From: Tepidisphaera sp.
GTDB taxonomy: Bacteria; Planctomycetota; Phycisphaerae; Phycisphaerales; UBA1924
Length of the DNA stretch: 64,000 nucleotides
Direction of reading: 5' to 3'
NCBI GenBank assembly: GCA_050916045.1
Contig: CP051526.1
Coordinates: forward strand, 3,328,001 to 3,392,000
Part shown: one piece after another, positions 51,033 through 60,208 of the stretch
Layout: every line of letters starts with the position of its first letter
How positions within the stretch are numbered: the first letter of the stretch is position 1
Made by a program: the position numbers and the translations under genes
Notes under the pieces: generated by a model
The model's database searches: none
The model's input: the letters and a program-made list of their open reading frames with translations, nothing else
What the model was told of the DNA's origin: nothing

Positions 51033-51770
51033 TCACAGCTTGGAGGCTTCCGCGGCGCTGTTGTGGTCGCCTGGTTGCGGAGCGGCCTGGGCGGGCGCGA
51101 CGGACTGGGCGACGGCGGCGGTGGCGACTTCGACAACGGCGGCTTCGCCGTAGCCGCGCCGGATGAGCTGGCCGCACTCGGGGCACTTTTCGGCGGTGAC
51201 GCCGACGAGGTTGTAGCCGCATTTGCCGCAGAGGTTCATCGCGGCCAGTCGGCGTTCGCGCGTCATGCGCTCCTCGCGGAGCATCCAGAGCGTGTGGAGG
51301 GTTCGTGCGGTGGCGATACCGACGACCCAGCCGACGAGCATCGAGAGCACGCGGTCGAACCCGGCCCACATCATCACGTACTGGATGCCCAACCAGAGGA
51401 TGTAGAGGACGGGCGAGAGGACGAACCGCTGGAGCTGAACGACGCCGGCGTCGCGGATGTAGGACATGCCGGCGTGGGCGGGCTCGACGAGGAGGTGTTC
51501 AGCTTTGTCGAGGAACTTGTTCCGCCAGGAGCCATGGTTGGCGATCCAGTGCAGGACGAAGTAGATCGCGACATCGAAGATGATGTCGGTAACGAAGGTG
51601 ATCGCCAGGATCAGGACTCGGTGGTCGTCATCCACGCCCCAGTGACGGGAGAAGTGAACCACAAGCATGGTCGGTGGGAGGGCAAGCAGCCCCGCGGCGA
51701 CAATGTTCACGTTCACGTTGATGATCCGCCGGGCATACCAGCGGCCGAGCCAGTGCATTCGGGGCATCAT
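51033..51770 (-). CDS. Four-TM membrane protein with a C-terminal zinc ribbon
   Basis: Hydrophobic segments; CGKCGYNLVGVTAEKCPECG. Confidence 0.7.
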   Translation of the reverse strand: MMPRMHWLGRWYARRIINVNVNIVAAGLLALPPTMLVVHFSRHWGVDDDHRVLILAITFVTDIIFDVAIYFVLHWIANHGSWRNKFLDKAEHLLVEPAHAGMSYIRDAGVVQLQRFVLSPVLYILWLGIQYVMMWAGFDRVLSMLVGWVVGIATARTLHTLWMLREERMTRERRLAAMNLCGKCGYNLVGVTAEKCPECGQLIRRGYGEAAVVEVATAAVAQSVAPAQAAPQPGDHNSAAEASKL

Positions 51771-51830
51771 ACGAGCCCGACCCGCGAGCGAGGGGTTGGC
51801 ATGGGATGAATCTGTGGGGCCGCCCAATGA

Positions 51831-51854
51831 CAAACCCCGCGCTGGCGCGCGGGG
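51831..51854 (-). terminator. Probable intrinsic terminator of ugd
   Basis: CCCCGCGC-4 nt-GCGCGGGG followed by TTTG on the minus strand. Confidence 0.5.
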
Positions 51855-51905
51855 CTCGTTAAGGTCAGAAAGGCAATGTACCCTCGCTTGCGCGTCGGGC
51901 TCTGA

Positions 51906-53279
51906 TCAGACCGTGGCGCGGCCGACGGAGGCGTACTTGAAGCCTGCGGCTTTCATCTGCTGGGGGCGGTAGAGGTTTCGGCCGTCGAAGATCACCTTGT
52001 TCTTCATGATCTTGGCGAGGCGGTCAAAGTCGGGGCTCTTGAACTCGTCCCAGTCGGTCGCGACGACGAGGGCGTCGGCGCCTTCGGCCGCGGCGTACAT
52101 GTCGCTGACGATCTTGAGGCCGGGGCCTTCGCCGCTCGGGCAGCCGAGTTCCTTGGCGCCCGTTTCGTGGGCGACGGGGTCAAAACCTTTGCACATCGCG
52201 CCCAGGCCCCTTGCCCGCTGGATGATGGTGAGGGCGGGGGCTTCGCGGACGTCGTCGGTGCGGGGCTTGAACGCCAAGCCCCAGACGGCGAGGGTCTTGC
52301 CGGCGAGGCCGCCGAGGGGCTTGAAGTGCTCCTCGATCTTCTTGAAGAAGCGTTCGCGTTGACGCTGATTGGTCTCGTGGACGGCTTTGGAGACGGCGAT
52401 GGGGACGCCGCGGGTCTCGCCCATCATGATGCAGGCGAGGGTGTCCTTGGGGAAGCAGGAGCCGCCGTAGCCGACGCCGGGGTAGAGGAACGCGCTGCCG
52501 ATGCGTTTGTCGGAGCACATGCCCTGGCGGACGTTGTTGATGTCGGCGCCATAGGCCTCGCAGAGGTTGGCCATCTCGTTGATGAAGGAGATTTTGGTTG
52601 CGAGGAAGTTGTTGGCGGCGTACTTGACCATCTCGCTGGAGAAGATGTCCATGATGAAGATGGGGTGCCCGTTGCGAACGAAGGGGTCGTAGAGAGCTTT
52701 GAAGACGGTGGAGGTGTGCTCGTCGAGGGCGCCGTCGGCGGAGGCTTCGACGCCACAGACGACGCGGTCGGGCTTGTTGAAGTCGGTGACGGCGTCGCCT
52801 TCCTTGAGGAACTCGGGGTTGTTGCCGATGCGGAAGGGGATGCCCGGGGCGGCGGCTTTGATGCGTGACTGGACGCGGAAGCTGGTGCCGACGGGGACGG
52901 TGGACTTGACGATGACGACCTTGGGCTTTTGCGAGGGGCCGAGGGCTTTGAGGACGGCTGCGATGTCGTCGGCGGCCTGATCGATGTACTTGAGGTCGGT
53001 GTGGCCTCGGTCGTCAGAGGGGGTGCCGACGCAGATGAAGATGGCGTCGGCGTCCTTGTAGGCCTGGGTCTTGTCGAGGGTGAAGTGCAGGCGGCCTGCG
53101 GCGATGTTGCGCTCGAGGAGTTCTTCGAGGCCGGGCTCGTAGATCGGGCACTTGCCCTGCTTGAGCTTTTCGATCTTGCCGGCATCAACGTCGAGACAGG
53201 TGACGTCGTTGCCGGTGTTGGCGAAACAGACGCCCGTGACAAGCCCGACATAACCCGTACCGACCATGGTCAATTTCAT
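51906..53279 (-). CDS. ugd: UDP-glucose 6-dehydrogenase
   Basis: VGTGYVGL; CVGTP; KSTVPVGT; NPEFLKEG; GYGGSCFPKD; GLAFKPRTDDVRE; DGRN. Confidence 0.96.
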   Translation of the reverse strand: MKLTMVGTGYVGLVTGVCFANTGNDVTCLDVDAGKIEKLKQGKCPIYEPGLEELLERNIAAGRLHFTLDKTQAYKDADAIFICVGTPSDDRGHTDLKYIDQAADDIAAVLKALGPSQKPKVVIVKSTVPVGTSFRVQSRIKAAAPGIPFRIGNNPEFLKEGDAVTDFNKPDRVVCGVEASADGALDEHTSTVFKALYDPFVRNGHPIFIMDIFSSEMVKYAANNFLATKISFINEMANLCEAYGADINNVRQGMCSDKRIGSAFLYPGVGYGGSCFPKDTLACIMMGETRGVPIAVSKAVHETNQRQRERFFKKIEEHFKPLGGLAGKTLAVWGLAFKPRTDDVREAPALTIIQRARGLGAMCKGFDPVAHETGAKELGCPSGEGPGLKIVSDMYAAAEGADALVVATDWDEFKSPDFDRLAKIMKNKVIFDGRNLYRPQQMKAAGFKYASVGRATV

Positions 53280-53412
53280 AGTGCCGATGGTATCGGTACG
53301 TCGGGGGGGTGGGCAACGGCCGGGGGGAGCAAAAAGACCGGATGAAGGACGGGTTGGGAGGGGGGCGGGCCGGGCCGCTTGGTCGTCCTTGGTCCGGATA
53401 CGCTCCCGCCCG

Positions 53413-54285
53413 ATGCCAAACGCGACCAAGCCCGCTCGCTCGAACCGGTCCTCAAGCTCCACCCTGACCGCCAAGACCGCGGACAGGCACATCCTGTATG
53501 AGAAAGCCGTCCAGTGCGTGGAAGCGGAGATCGACTTCGTCGACAAGACGTTCCGCAAGCTGACGGGGCGTCATGCGGTCCTGCTTCGGGAGGATTTCTG
53601 CGGGACGGCGAACACCTCGTGCGAGTGGGTGCGTCGGCGGCCCGAGAATCGGGCTGTGGGCGTGGATCTGGACGAGGAGGTGCTGGCGTGGGGGATGAAG
53701 CACCATGTGCGCACGCTCAGCCCGGAGGAGCGGTCGCGGATCTCGCTGGTGCAGGCAGATGTGCGCACGCCGGGGCGGCTTGGAACGGGCGTGGACTGCG
53801 TGCTGGCGATGAATTTCAGCTTCTGGATCTTCAAGAAGCGTGAGGAACTGCTGGGGTACTTCAAATCGGTGTACAAGAGCCTCAAAGCCGACGGGGTGAT
53901 GTTCCTGGACTTTTTCGGCGGGTTTGAGGCGCAGCAGGTCCTAAGCGAGAAGAAGAAGTGCCCGGGGTACACGTACATCTGGGAGCACGCGGCGCACAAC
54001 CCGATCACGGGCGACCTTTTGTGCCACATCCACTTCGCGTTTCCGGATGGGACGCGGATGAACAAGGCGTTCACGTACGACTGGCGGCTTTGGACCTTGC
54101 CGGAGGTGCGGGAGCTGCTGGAAGAGGCGGGGTTCGGGCGGGTGACGGTGTACTGGGAGGGTGACGAGAAGGATGAGCACGGGAACGCGACGGGGGAAGG
54201 GAACGGGAAGTTCGCCCCGAGCACCAAGGGCGAGGTGTGCGCCGGGTGGATCGCGTACCTGTCGGCGGAAAAGAAGCCGCGATAA
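53413..54285 (+). CDS. Class I SAM-dependent methyltransferase
   Basis: LYEKAVQ; LREDFCGT; GVDLD; NFS; FTYDWRLW. Confidence 0.85.
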   Translation: MPNATKPARSNRSSSSTLTAKTADRHILYEKAVQCVEAEIDFVDKTFRKLTGRHAVLLREDFCGTANTSCEWVRRRPENRAVGVDLDEEVLAWGMKHHVRTLSPEERSRISLVQADVRTPGRLGTGVDCVLAMNFSFWIFKKREELLGYFKSVYKSLKADGVMFLDFFGGFEAQQVLSEKKKCPGYTYIWEHAAHNPITGDLLCHIHFAFPDGTRMNKAFTYDWRLWTLPEVRELLEEAGFGRVTVYWEGDEKDEHGNATGEGNGKFAPSTKGEVCAGWIAYLSAEKKPR

Positions 54286-54335
54286 CGCCGGGGCGGAGGG
54301 GGGAAATGCGCGGGTGAGCGTGCAACAATCTGGAG

Positions 54336-55358
54336 ATGTCCGCCCTAGCCAGCCACTTTCAGGAGCACGCCGAGGTCTTGGCCGCCGTGGACCGCGGCTT
54401 AGTGCGGGTGGCGAAGGTCTTTGACGGGCAGCTTCAGTCCAGACTTGAGCCGGTGCGGCGGCTGGTGCAGCATGTCGAGCATTATCGGGGCAAGATGCTC
54501 CGGCCGATGCTGACGCTGGTGTGCGGGATGGCGACGTCGGCGGAGGGGGAAGCGGGCCTCACGCGTGAGCACGACGTGTGCGCGGCGGTCATCGAGATGG
54601 TGCACATGGCGACGCTGGTGCACGACGATGTGCTTGATGAAGCGGCCCTGCGGCGGAAATCGCCGACGCTGAACTCGCTCTACGGGAATGAGCCGGCGGT
54701 GATCCTCGGGGATTTCCTGATCGCTTCGGCGTATCACCTGTGCTCGACGCTTGAGACGACGGGGCCGAGCCGGGCGGTGGGTCGCGCGGCGGTGGTGACG
54801 GCTTCCGGCGAGCTGCTTCAGCTTCACCATCGCGGTGATTTCGGGCTGACGGAAGCGACATACTTTGAGATCATCCGCGGGAAGACGGCGGAGCTGATCG
54901 CGACGGCTTGCGAGCTTGGGGCGGCGGCGAGCGGCGCGGACCGGGCGGTGGTGTCAGCGCTGCGGGAGTTTGGCCTTGAGATCGGAGCGGCGTTCCAGAT
55001 TCAGGATGACATTCTGGATCTGACGGGTGATGAGACGACGGTGGGCAAGACGCTGGGGCAGGACCTGGCAAAGGGGAAGGTGACGCTTCCGCTGATTCAC
55101 CACCTGGCGACGATCCCGCCGGCGGAGCAAGCGGTGTCGGTGGCTTTGCTTCGGGAAGCGGCGGGCGAGGGCGGTGCGCGACGCGTGGCGGGGCAGCTTG
55201 TGGCGCGGGTGGAGCGGACGGGTTCGCTGGCGGCGGCGGGTACGAGGGCGGCGACGCTGATCGCTTCGGCGAAGGGCCGGCTTGCGGTCTTGCCGGAGTC
55301 GGCGGCGAAAGCAGCGCTGGGGTCGATCGCGGATGCGGTTTTGACGCGACGGGCGTGA
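54336..55358 (+). CDS. Polyprenyl diphosphate synthase (IspB/HepT-like)
   Basis: GKMLRP; HMATLVHDDVLD..RR; GKTA; AFQIQDDILD; GKVTLP. Confidence 0.94.
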   Translation: MSALASHFQEHAEVLAAVDRGLVRVAKVFDGQLQSRLEPVRRLVQHVEHYRGKMLRPMLTLVCGMATSAEGEAGLTREHDVCAAVIEMVHMATLVHDDVLDEAALRRKSPTLNSLYGNEPAVILGDFLIASAYHLCSTLETTGPSRAVGRAAVVTASGELLQLHHRGDFGLTEATYFEIIRGKTAELIATACELGAAASGADRAVVSALREFGLEIGAAFQIQDDILDLTGDETTVGKTLGQDLAKGKVTLPLIHHLATIPPAEQAVSVALLREAAGEGGARRVAGQLVARVERTGSLAAAGTRAATLIASAKGRLAVLPESAAKAALGSIADAVLTRRA

Positions 55359-55492
55359 GTGGTCGGCGTGACGCCTGAATTACGGACGCACAGGGTTCAT
55401 CGGCACCGATCGCCGGAGGAACCGGCCATCAGTGGCACGGGTCACGTTCCGCGATCGATTCCACCCGCCGGTCGTGCCAACCGCCACCACGC

Positions 55493-56662
55493 TCAAACGT
55501 CGTTCTCCCTTACTTCAGATTCGACTTCAGCATTGACAATGTGGATGTCCCAGTCATTATCAAAGTGGATGTCCGAGCAATCAACCACACCTGTGGCGAG
55601 CTTTTCGTGATCTACACGAAGCGTGAATGACAGGTTTTCTGTCGCCCGTAGAGTAGCGGTTACTGAGCCGAGCGACTTTCTTTCCTTCGTCTCATCATCG
55701 GTATAGGTCATGTCGGGGTCGGGATAGGTCGCAGTCGCCATGAATGCGATCTCCACACTCCCGGAAACCGTTACCCAGTTCTGATCAATGTCGACGATCG
55801 ATATGCTCATGAACTCGATTGAAGCGTCGTACACTTCTATGATATCCGCGTCAAAGGCTTCATCATGATCCCACCAGAACACGAGGCCGACGAAGACTTT
55901 GAGCATCGATTTCTCGACCTCCGCACGATTCTCTTCCAATAGCAAGCCTATCTTGTCTTTGAATGCGGCGAGTCTTGGCGCTTTCGAAAGAACCCAGTCA
56001 AGTTCTGAACAGTAGACAAGATGATCGTCAACCTCACAGGCGGCGCGAACATCCGAGTCCTTACTTACGACAACAATCCTCGTACCATTCTCAATGGCGT
56101 GCTCTCGTAGTGCGGCGATCGCGAAGGCGTCAGGGAACTCCCACTTTTTCATTCCTGCGCCAAACGGTGGCACGCCGTGGAAATAGTCCGCGAATACAGA
56201 CTCGGCGTGCTCGCAGGCGATCGGCAATTCAGTGGCTTCGCACTGCGTCAGGAATTCTTCCCATCGTGCAGCCGACTCTTTCTCGCTTCTGGGCCAAAAG
56301 GCGGCCAAGAAGCTAACGAGAGAGTTGGCGGATGAGCGATGAAGCACACTGTGCTTGCTTACTTTGCCCTCAACGGCAAGTTTGGCCTCGGCGAGGAGCT
56401 TTCGCAGCCGCGAATGGACTTCGTCCTTGATTACTGAAGGGATCACCAAACTGAAATCGCTCGCATCCACACCCTTTGACACCGATTCCAGCAAAGGCCC
56501 ATCAAAGGCAAATCCTGCGCTCTCGTATATGCACGTGTCGATAAAGAGCCGCACCGGTGGAGTGAAAGATGACAGATCGGGGCAGACGGGCTCTAGTGGG
56601 GGCTCATTTGACGCCGGCGGCGACTGTAGCCGATTTGAATTTTGTTGCGGCTTGTTTGCCAT
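55493..56662 (-). CDS. PIN-domain (DUF4935-like) protein with an acidic beta-rich C-terminal domain
   Basis: FIDTCIY; PPFG..KKWEFPDAF; VVSKDSD; visibly lower GC; TAGGCT 7 nt before ATG 56662. Confidence 0.8.
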   Translation of the reverse strand: MANKPQQNSNRLQSPPASNEPPLEPVCPDLSSFTPPVRLFIDTCIYESAGFAFDGPLLESVSKGVDASDFSLVIPSVIKDEVHSRLRKLLAEAKLAVEGKVSKHSVLHRSSANSLVSFLAAFWPRSEKESAARWEEFLTQCEATELPIACEHAESVFADYFHGVPPFGAGMKKWEFPDAFAIAALREHAIENGTRIVVVSKDSDVRAACEVDDHLVYCSELDWVLSKAPRLAAFKDKIGLLLEENRAEVEKSMLKVFVGLVFWWDHDEAFDADIIEVYDASIEFMSISIVDIDQNWVTVSGSVEIAFMATATYPDPDMTYTDDETKERKSLGSVTATLRATENLSFTLRVDHEKLATGVVDCSDIHFDNDWDIHIVNAEVESEVRENDV

Positions 56663-57232
56663 GCGTTGAAGCCTATGGATCCATCCCGGTTCGGGCACTG
56701 CGGAAAAGGCCGTATGCCGGAGCAAGGGGTTGAGCCAGTGGTCAGCTCGCTCCGACCCTAACCAAAGTGAGGCGTCGGACACGGCACGACATCGGGAGAC
56801 GCCTGAGATCATGACTGCGCGGTCGCGGGGTGTGGCGGGTGGCACCATCCATCGTCGTTCCTCCGTCAAGCGTCCGAACAGTGCGTCTCCCCCCCAGTAT
56901 ACCGAGAACGTCGGGTGCCACCATCCCTCACCTTCGGAGGGTGGTGGATGGTCGCACGAGCGCAATGTTACGTCGGTGGCGCGATCATCCCGCTTCGGGA
57001 TGGTCGTCCGCCGCAGATCGCATGCCCAATCCTGGCCGCTCGCCCAAGCACGACCATCCGGAGGACCGGATGATCGTGGCACCCGTCGGGCCGTCAATCT
57101 CGCAATGACAGATCGGCGCGTTCGCGTGGAGCCTCCGTTCGGGTGGTTTTGGGTGGTGCGATCACTGTGCGACATCGGAGGCTGAACCCTTGCTGGCGCT
57201 GCGGGCTCGTTGGGGCGGGGGTGAAATTGGGC

Positions 57233-57288
57233 TTGACGTGGGTTGGGGGTTCGGGTATTCTTGTTGAGAATGACTTCTCAGAGTCATT
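57233..57288 (+). promoter_or_regulatory. Sigma70 promoter with overlapping palindromic (Fur/Zur-like) operator
   Basis: TTGACG (57233), 17 nt, TATTCT (57256); TGAGAA-tgac-TTCTCA at 57265-57280; AATGACT-N6-AGTCATT at 57269-57288. Confidence 0.7.
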
Positions 57289-57725
57289 ATGGGTCGGAGC
57301 GGGCGGGTCGCCGGGGGTGGCGGCTTTCGCGGGTTTTGCTTGCGCTGGCGCTGCTGCTTTCGTTCGCGGTGCAGGTCGGGGTGCGGGCTTCGCACACCCA
57401 TCGGCCGGTGGAACGGGATGAGCCGCGGGCGGCGTGCGGGGGGCACGGGCACCACCACCATCACCATGACCATCACGGGCATGCGCACGACGGCTCGCAG
57501 GGTGGCGGGCGGGATGGCGGGTCTGAGCAGGATGAGGATTCGACGGCGTGCGAGATTTGTCAGAAGCTGACGATCGCGCGGTTCACGTCGTTTGTGGGCG
57601 GGGCGCCGGTGGTGCTCTCGCTTGCACCCAGGGTCGCGGTCGGCGTGCCGGTGGAGGCTTCTTGGGAGGCTCCGAGTCTGGCAGCGCCGCGAGCGGCTTC
57701 GCGAGGACCCCCGACGGGTGCGTGA
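57270..57725 (+). CDS. DUF2946-like His-rich protein with CxxC and C-terminal RGPP
   Basis: Hydrophobic helix; [31 protein letters not shown]. Confidence 0.75.
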   Translation: MTSQSHYGSERAGRRGWRLSRVLLALALLLSFAVQVGVRASHTHRPVERDEPRAACGGHGHHHHHHDHHGHAHDGSQGGGRDGGSEQDEDSTACEICQKLTIARFTSFVGGAPVVLSLAPRVAVGVPVEASWEAPSLAAPRAASRGPPTGA

Positions 57726-57850
57726 TCGCGCGTTCTTGCGCTGATTCCGCGTGGCGGACGCTCATGTCCTGGCAGGGCGGGGCTGATCCGTCGTCCAAGC
57801 ACCGAAGTTTCGCGGCGATCGCTTGTGCGATCGTCATTCTGGAGCCGTTT

Positions 57851-58579
57851 ATGCGGCGTGGCTTCACGCTCATCGAGCTTCTTGTCGTCATCGCGATCAT
57901 CGCGCTGCTGATCTCGCTGCTTCTGCCCGCGTTGGGGAAGGCGAGGCAGGCGGCGCGGGTGGTGAAGGACCTTTCGCAGATTCAGAACCTTCAGCGGGCG
58001 CAGCTCATCTATCTGCAGGATTTCCGCGGGGCGTTCGTGGATGTCGGGCTTGCGCACGGCGGCGTGGGCGACCCGGATTCATCGTTCGTGAAGACGCTTG
58101 CGGAGTATTCGGGCGGGTCGATCGCGGCGAAGAGCCCGCTGGACCGGAGCGCGTACTGGCCGGTGGATCGGGGCGGAAGCGGGCTGACGATCGGCGGGGC
58201 TTCGCGGGTGACGAGCTATGGGATGAACAATTTCCTGTCGCGGAACTATGGGCCGCCGCCGGAGATCTCGCCGCGGGCGCCGTTTGACAAGCTTGAGAGG
58301 ATCGTGATGCCGGACAAGACGGTGCAGTTCCTGCTGATGGTCGAGACCGGGGACTACGCGGTTTCGGACCATGTGCACGCGGAGGGCTGGGGCGGCGGGA
58401 ACCGGGCGGCGGCGCTGGCGGCGACGGAGATGTTCCCGTGGGCGGTCTCGGGGACGAAGGGGGCGGCGACGGCGATCTCGAACTATGGGTACGTGGATGG
58501 GCATGCGGCGACGCAGGCATTCCAGGATGTGTACATCGATCGGACGGCGAATCGGTTTGATCCGCAGGTCGCTCGCTGA
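57851..58579 (+). CDS. Prepilin-type N-methylation (DUF1559-like) protein with DHVH motif
   Basis: [44 protein letters not shown]. Confidence 0.88.
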   Translation: MRRGFTLIELLVVIAIIALLISLLLPALGKARQAARVVKDLSQIQNLQRAQLIYLQDFRGAFVDVGLAHGGVGDPDSSFVKTLAEYSGGSIAAKSPLDRSAYWPVDRGGSGLTIGGASRVTSYGMNNFLSRNYGPPPEISPRAPFDKLERIVMPDKTVQFLLMVETGDYAVSDHVHAEGWGGGNRAAALAATEMFPWAVSGTKGAATAISNYGYVDGHAATQAFQDVYIDRTANRFDPQVAR

Positions 58580-58629
58580 GAGCGTTCGCGGCGGGTGGTT
58601 CGACGTTGAAATCTGACAAGGAGTGAATC

Positions 58630-59409
58630 ATGAGGTGTGCTTTGTTGGCATCGTGCGCGGCAGCGGCGCTGAGCGGTATGGCGATGGCGCAGCACCAGGG
58701 CGACATTCTGCTGAACGTGATCGAGGGGCAGATTCAGACGGGAGCGGTGCTTGACGCCGGCGGCGTGGATCTTGATGAGCGGGTGTTCATCAGCACGCTG
58801 GGCGCGGCGTTTCCGGATTTCGCGGACGATCCGGGGTTTGACTGTGTGCCGGGGACGTTTCCGGCGAACTCGAGCGTGGGGTTCCGCGTGCGGGCGGCGC
58901 TGCGGGAGTGGGACGGGAGCGGGTTTACGTCGATCCCGGATGAGCGGCTTGAGGTTTCGTTCGGGCCGCTGGGGCCGGTGGTGACGCCGCTTGCGGATGA
59001 GGTGGTGGATGGGTTCACGATCCGTGTGGGGGCCAACGGCCAGTGGCACCGGCACCTTGAGTATGTGCTTGCGTCGCCGGCGGAGACGGGGGTGTATCTG
59101 CTTGAGATGAGCTTGTACACGAACGCTTCGGGGATCGGGGAGAGCAGGCCGTTCTGGGTGGTTTTCAATCAGAACGAGAGCGCGGCGACGGTTGAAGCGG
59201 CGGCGGCGTGGGTCGTGTCGAACAAGCTTTGCCCGGCGGATTTCAACCGCGACGGGTTCATCGATTTCTTCGACTACGACGATTTCGTGACGTGCTTTGA
59301 GACGGGTGTGTGCGGGGAGGGCGCGACGGCGGACTTCAACGGCGATGCGTTCGTGGACTTCTTCGATTACGACGAGTTCGTGGCGGCGTTCGAGGTCGGC
59401 TGCGGCTGA
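58630..59409 (+). CDS. Secreted HxH-motif protein with a dockerin-like/EF-hand C-terminal anchor
   Basis: AMA-QHQGD; WHRHLEYVL..GVYLLEM; CPADFNRDGFIDFFDYDDF and ADFNGDAFVDFFDYDEF; AAGGAG RBS. Confidence 0.85.
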   Translation: MRCALLASCAAAALSGMAMAQHQGDILLNVIEGQIQTGAVLDAGGVDLDERVFISTLGAAFPDFADDPGFDCVPGTFPANSSVGFRVRAALREWDGSGFTSIPDERLEVSFGPLGPVVTPLADEVVDGFTIRVGANGQWHRHLEYVLASPAETGVYLLEMSLYTNASGIGESRPFWVVFNQNESAATVEAAAAWVVSNKLCPADFNRDGFIDFFDYDDFVTCFETGVCGEGATADFNGDAFVDFFDYDEFVAAFEVGCG

Positions 59410-59508
59410 GCGTGGGCGGTTTGGGGCGGGCGGGAGGCGGGCTGGGGGCGATCAGCGTGTGTTTCGCTGACGAGTTGAGAGAGTCCTTTTGCACTTGGAG
59501 GCATAGCG

Positions 59509-60174
59509 ATGAACATGATGAAGTACGGCGTGGCGGCTGCGGGCGTGATGGCGGGTTCGGCGATGGCCGAGGAGCCCCACTTTGACGTGTGGCTGACGCT
59601 CTCGGGCGGAAACCTGGTGACGGGCGCGATTTCGGAGGATGGCCTGACGACCGAGGAGGGCGTGCGGGTTTTCGGAGCGGAGCTTGGCGAACTTCTGCCG
59701 GACTTTTCGGACGAGCCGGGGATTCAGGGCATCGACGGGACGTTTGCGGCCGGGGAACGCTTTGGGATCAGCATCCGTCGTGCGGTGCGAGCGTGGAACG
59801 GGACGGACTTCACGACGGTGAGCTCGTCGCGGTTCCAGCTTGATTTCGGGCCGCAGTCGATGGCGAGCGCCTTGACGGACGACGTGGTGACGGGCATCGA
59901 GTTGGCGGCGGATTCCGAGGGGGGAATCCACGACCACCCGACGTTCACGCTTCTGGATCCGGCGAGCGGGATCTACCTGCTTGAGCTGAGCGTGAGCTCG
60001 GTGGGCGGGACGTATGGCGAGACGCTTCCGTTCTGGGTTGTGTTCAACAACGGTGAGAGCGAGGAGGCGCACGAAGCGTCGATCGAGTGGGTTGAGAACA
60101 ACCTGGTTCCGACGCCGGGCGCGATGACGCTGTTGGGCGTCGGACTGCTCGCGATGGGTCGTCGCCGCCGCTGA
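59509..60174 (+). CDS. Secreted HxH-motif protein with a PEP-CTERM-type sorting signal
   Basis: AMA-EEPHFD; IHDHPTFTL..GIYLLEL; VPTPG-TM-RRRR; paralogue of the upstream gene. Confidence 0.88.
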   Translation: MNMMKYGVAAAGVMAGSAMAEEPHFDVWLTLSGGNLVTGAISEDGLTTEEGVRVFGAELGELLPDFSDEPGIQGIDGTFAAGERFGISIRRAVRAWNGTDFTTVSSSRFQLDFGPQSMASALTDDVVTGIELAADSEGGIHDHPTFTLLDPASGIYLLELSVSSVGGTYGETLPFWVVFNNGESEEAHEASIEWVENNLVPTPGAMTLLGVGLLAMGRRRR

Positions 60175-60208
60175 GCGGAATGGAGCGGAGAGAATGTTGG
60201 AGGGCAAC

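Noticed and set aside
55359..55492. attC/integron cassette site beside the PIN gene
   Set aside because: Only short inverted repeats (TGGCACG/CGTGCCA); no convincing RYYYAAC...GTTRRRY pair and no integrase.
56663..57175. 171-aa N-terminal extension of the PIN ORF
   Set aside because: Non-protein-like composition; the -10 box and PIN motif position support ATG 56662.
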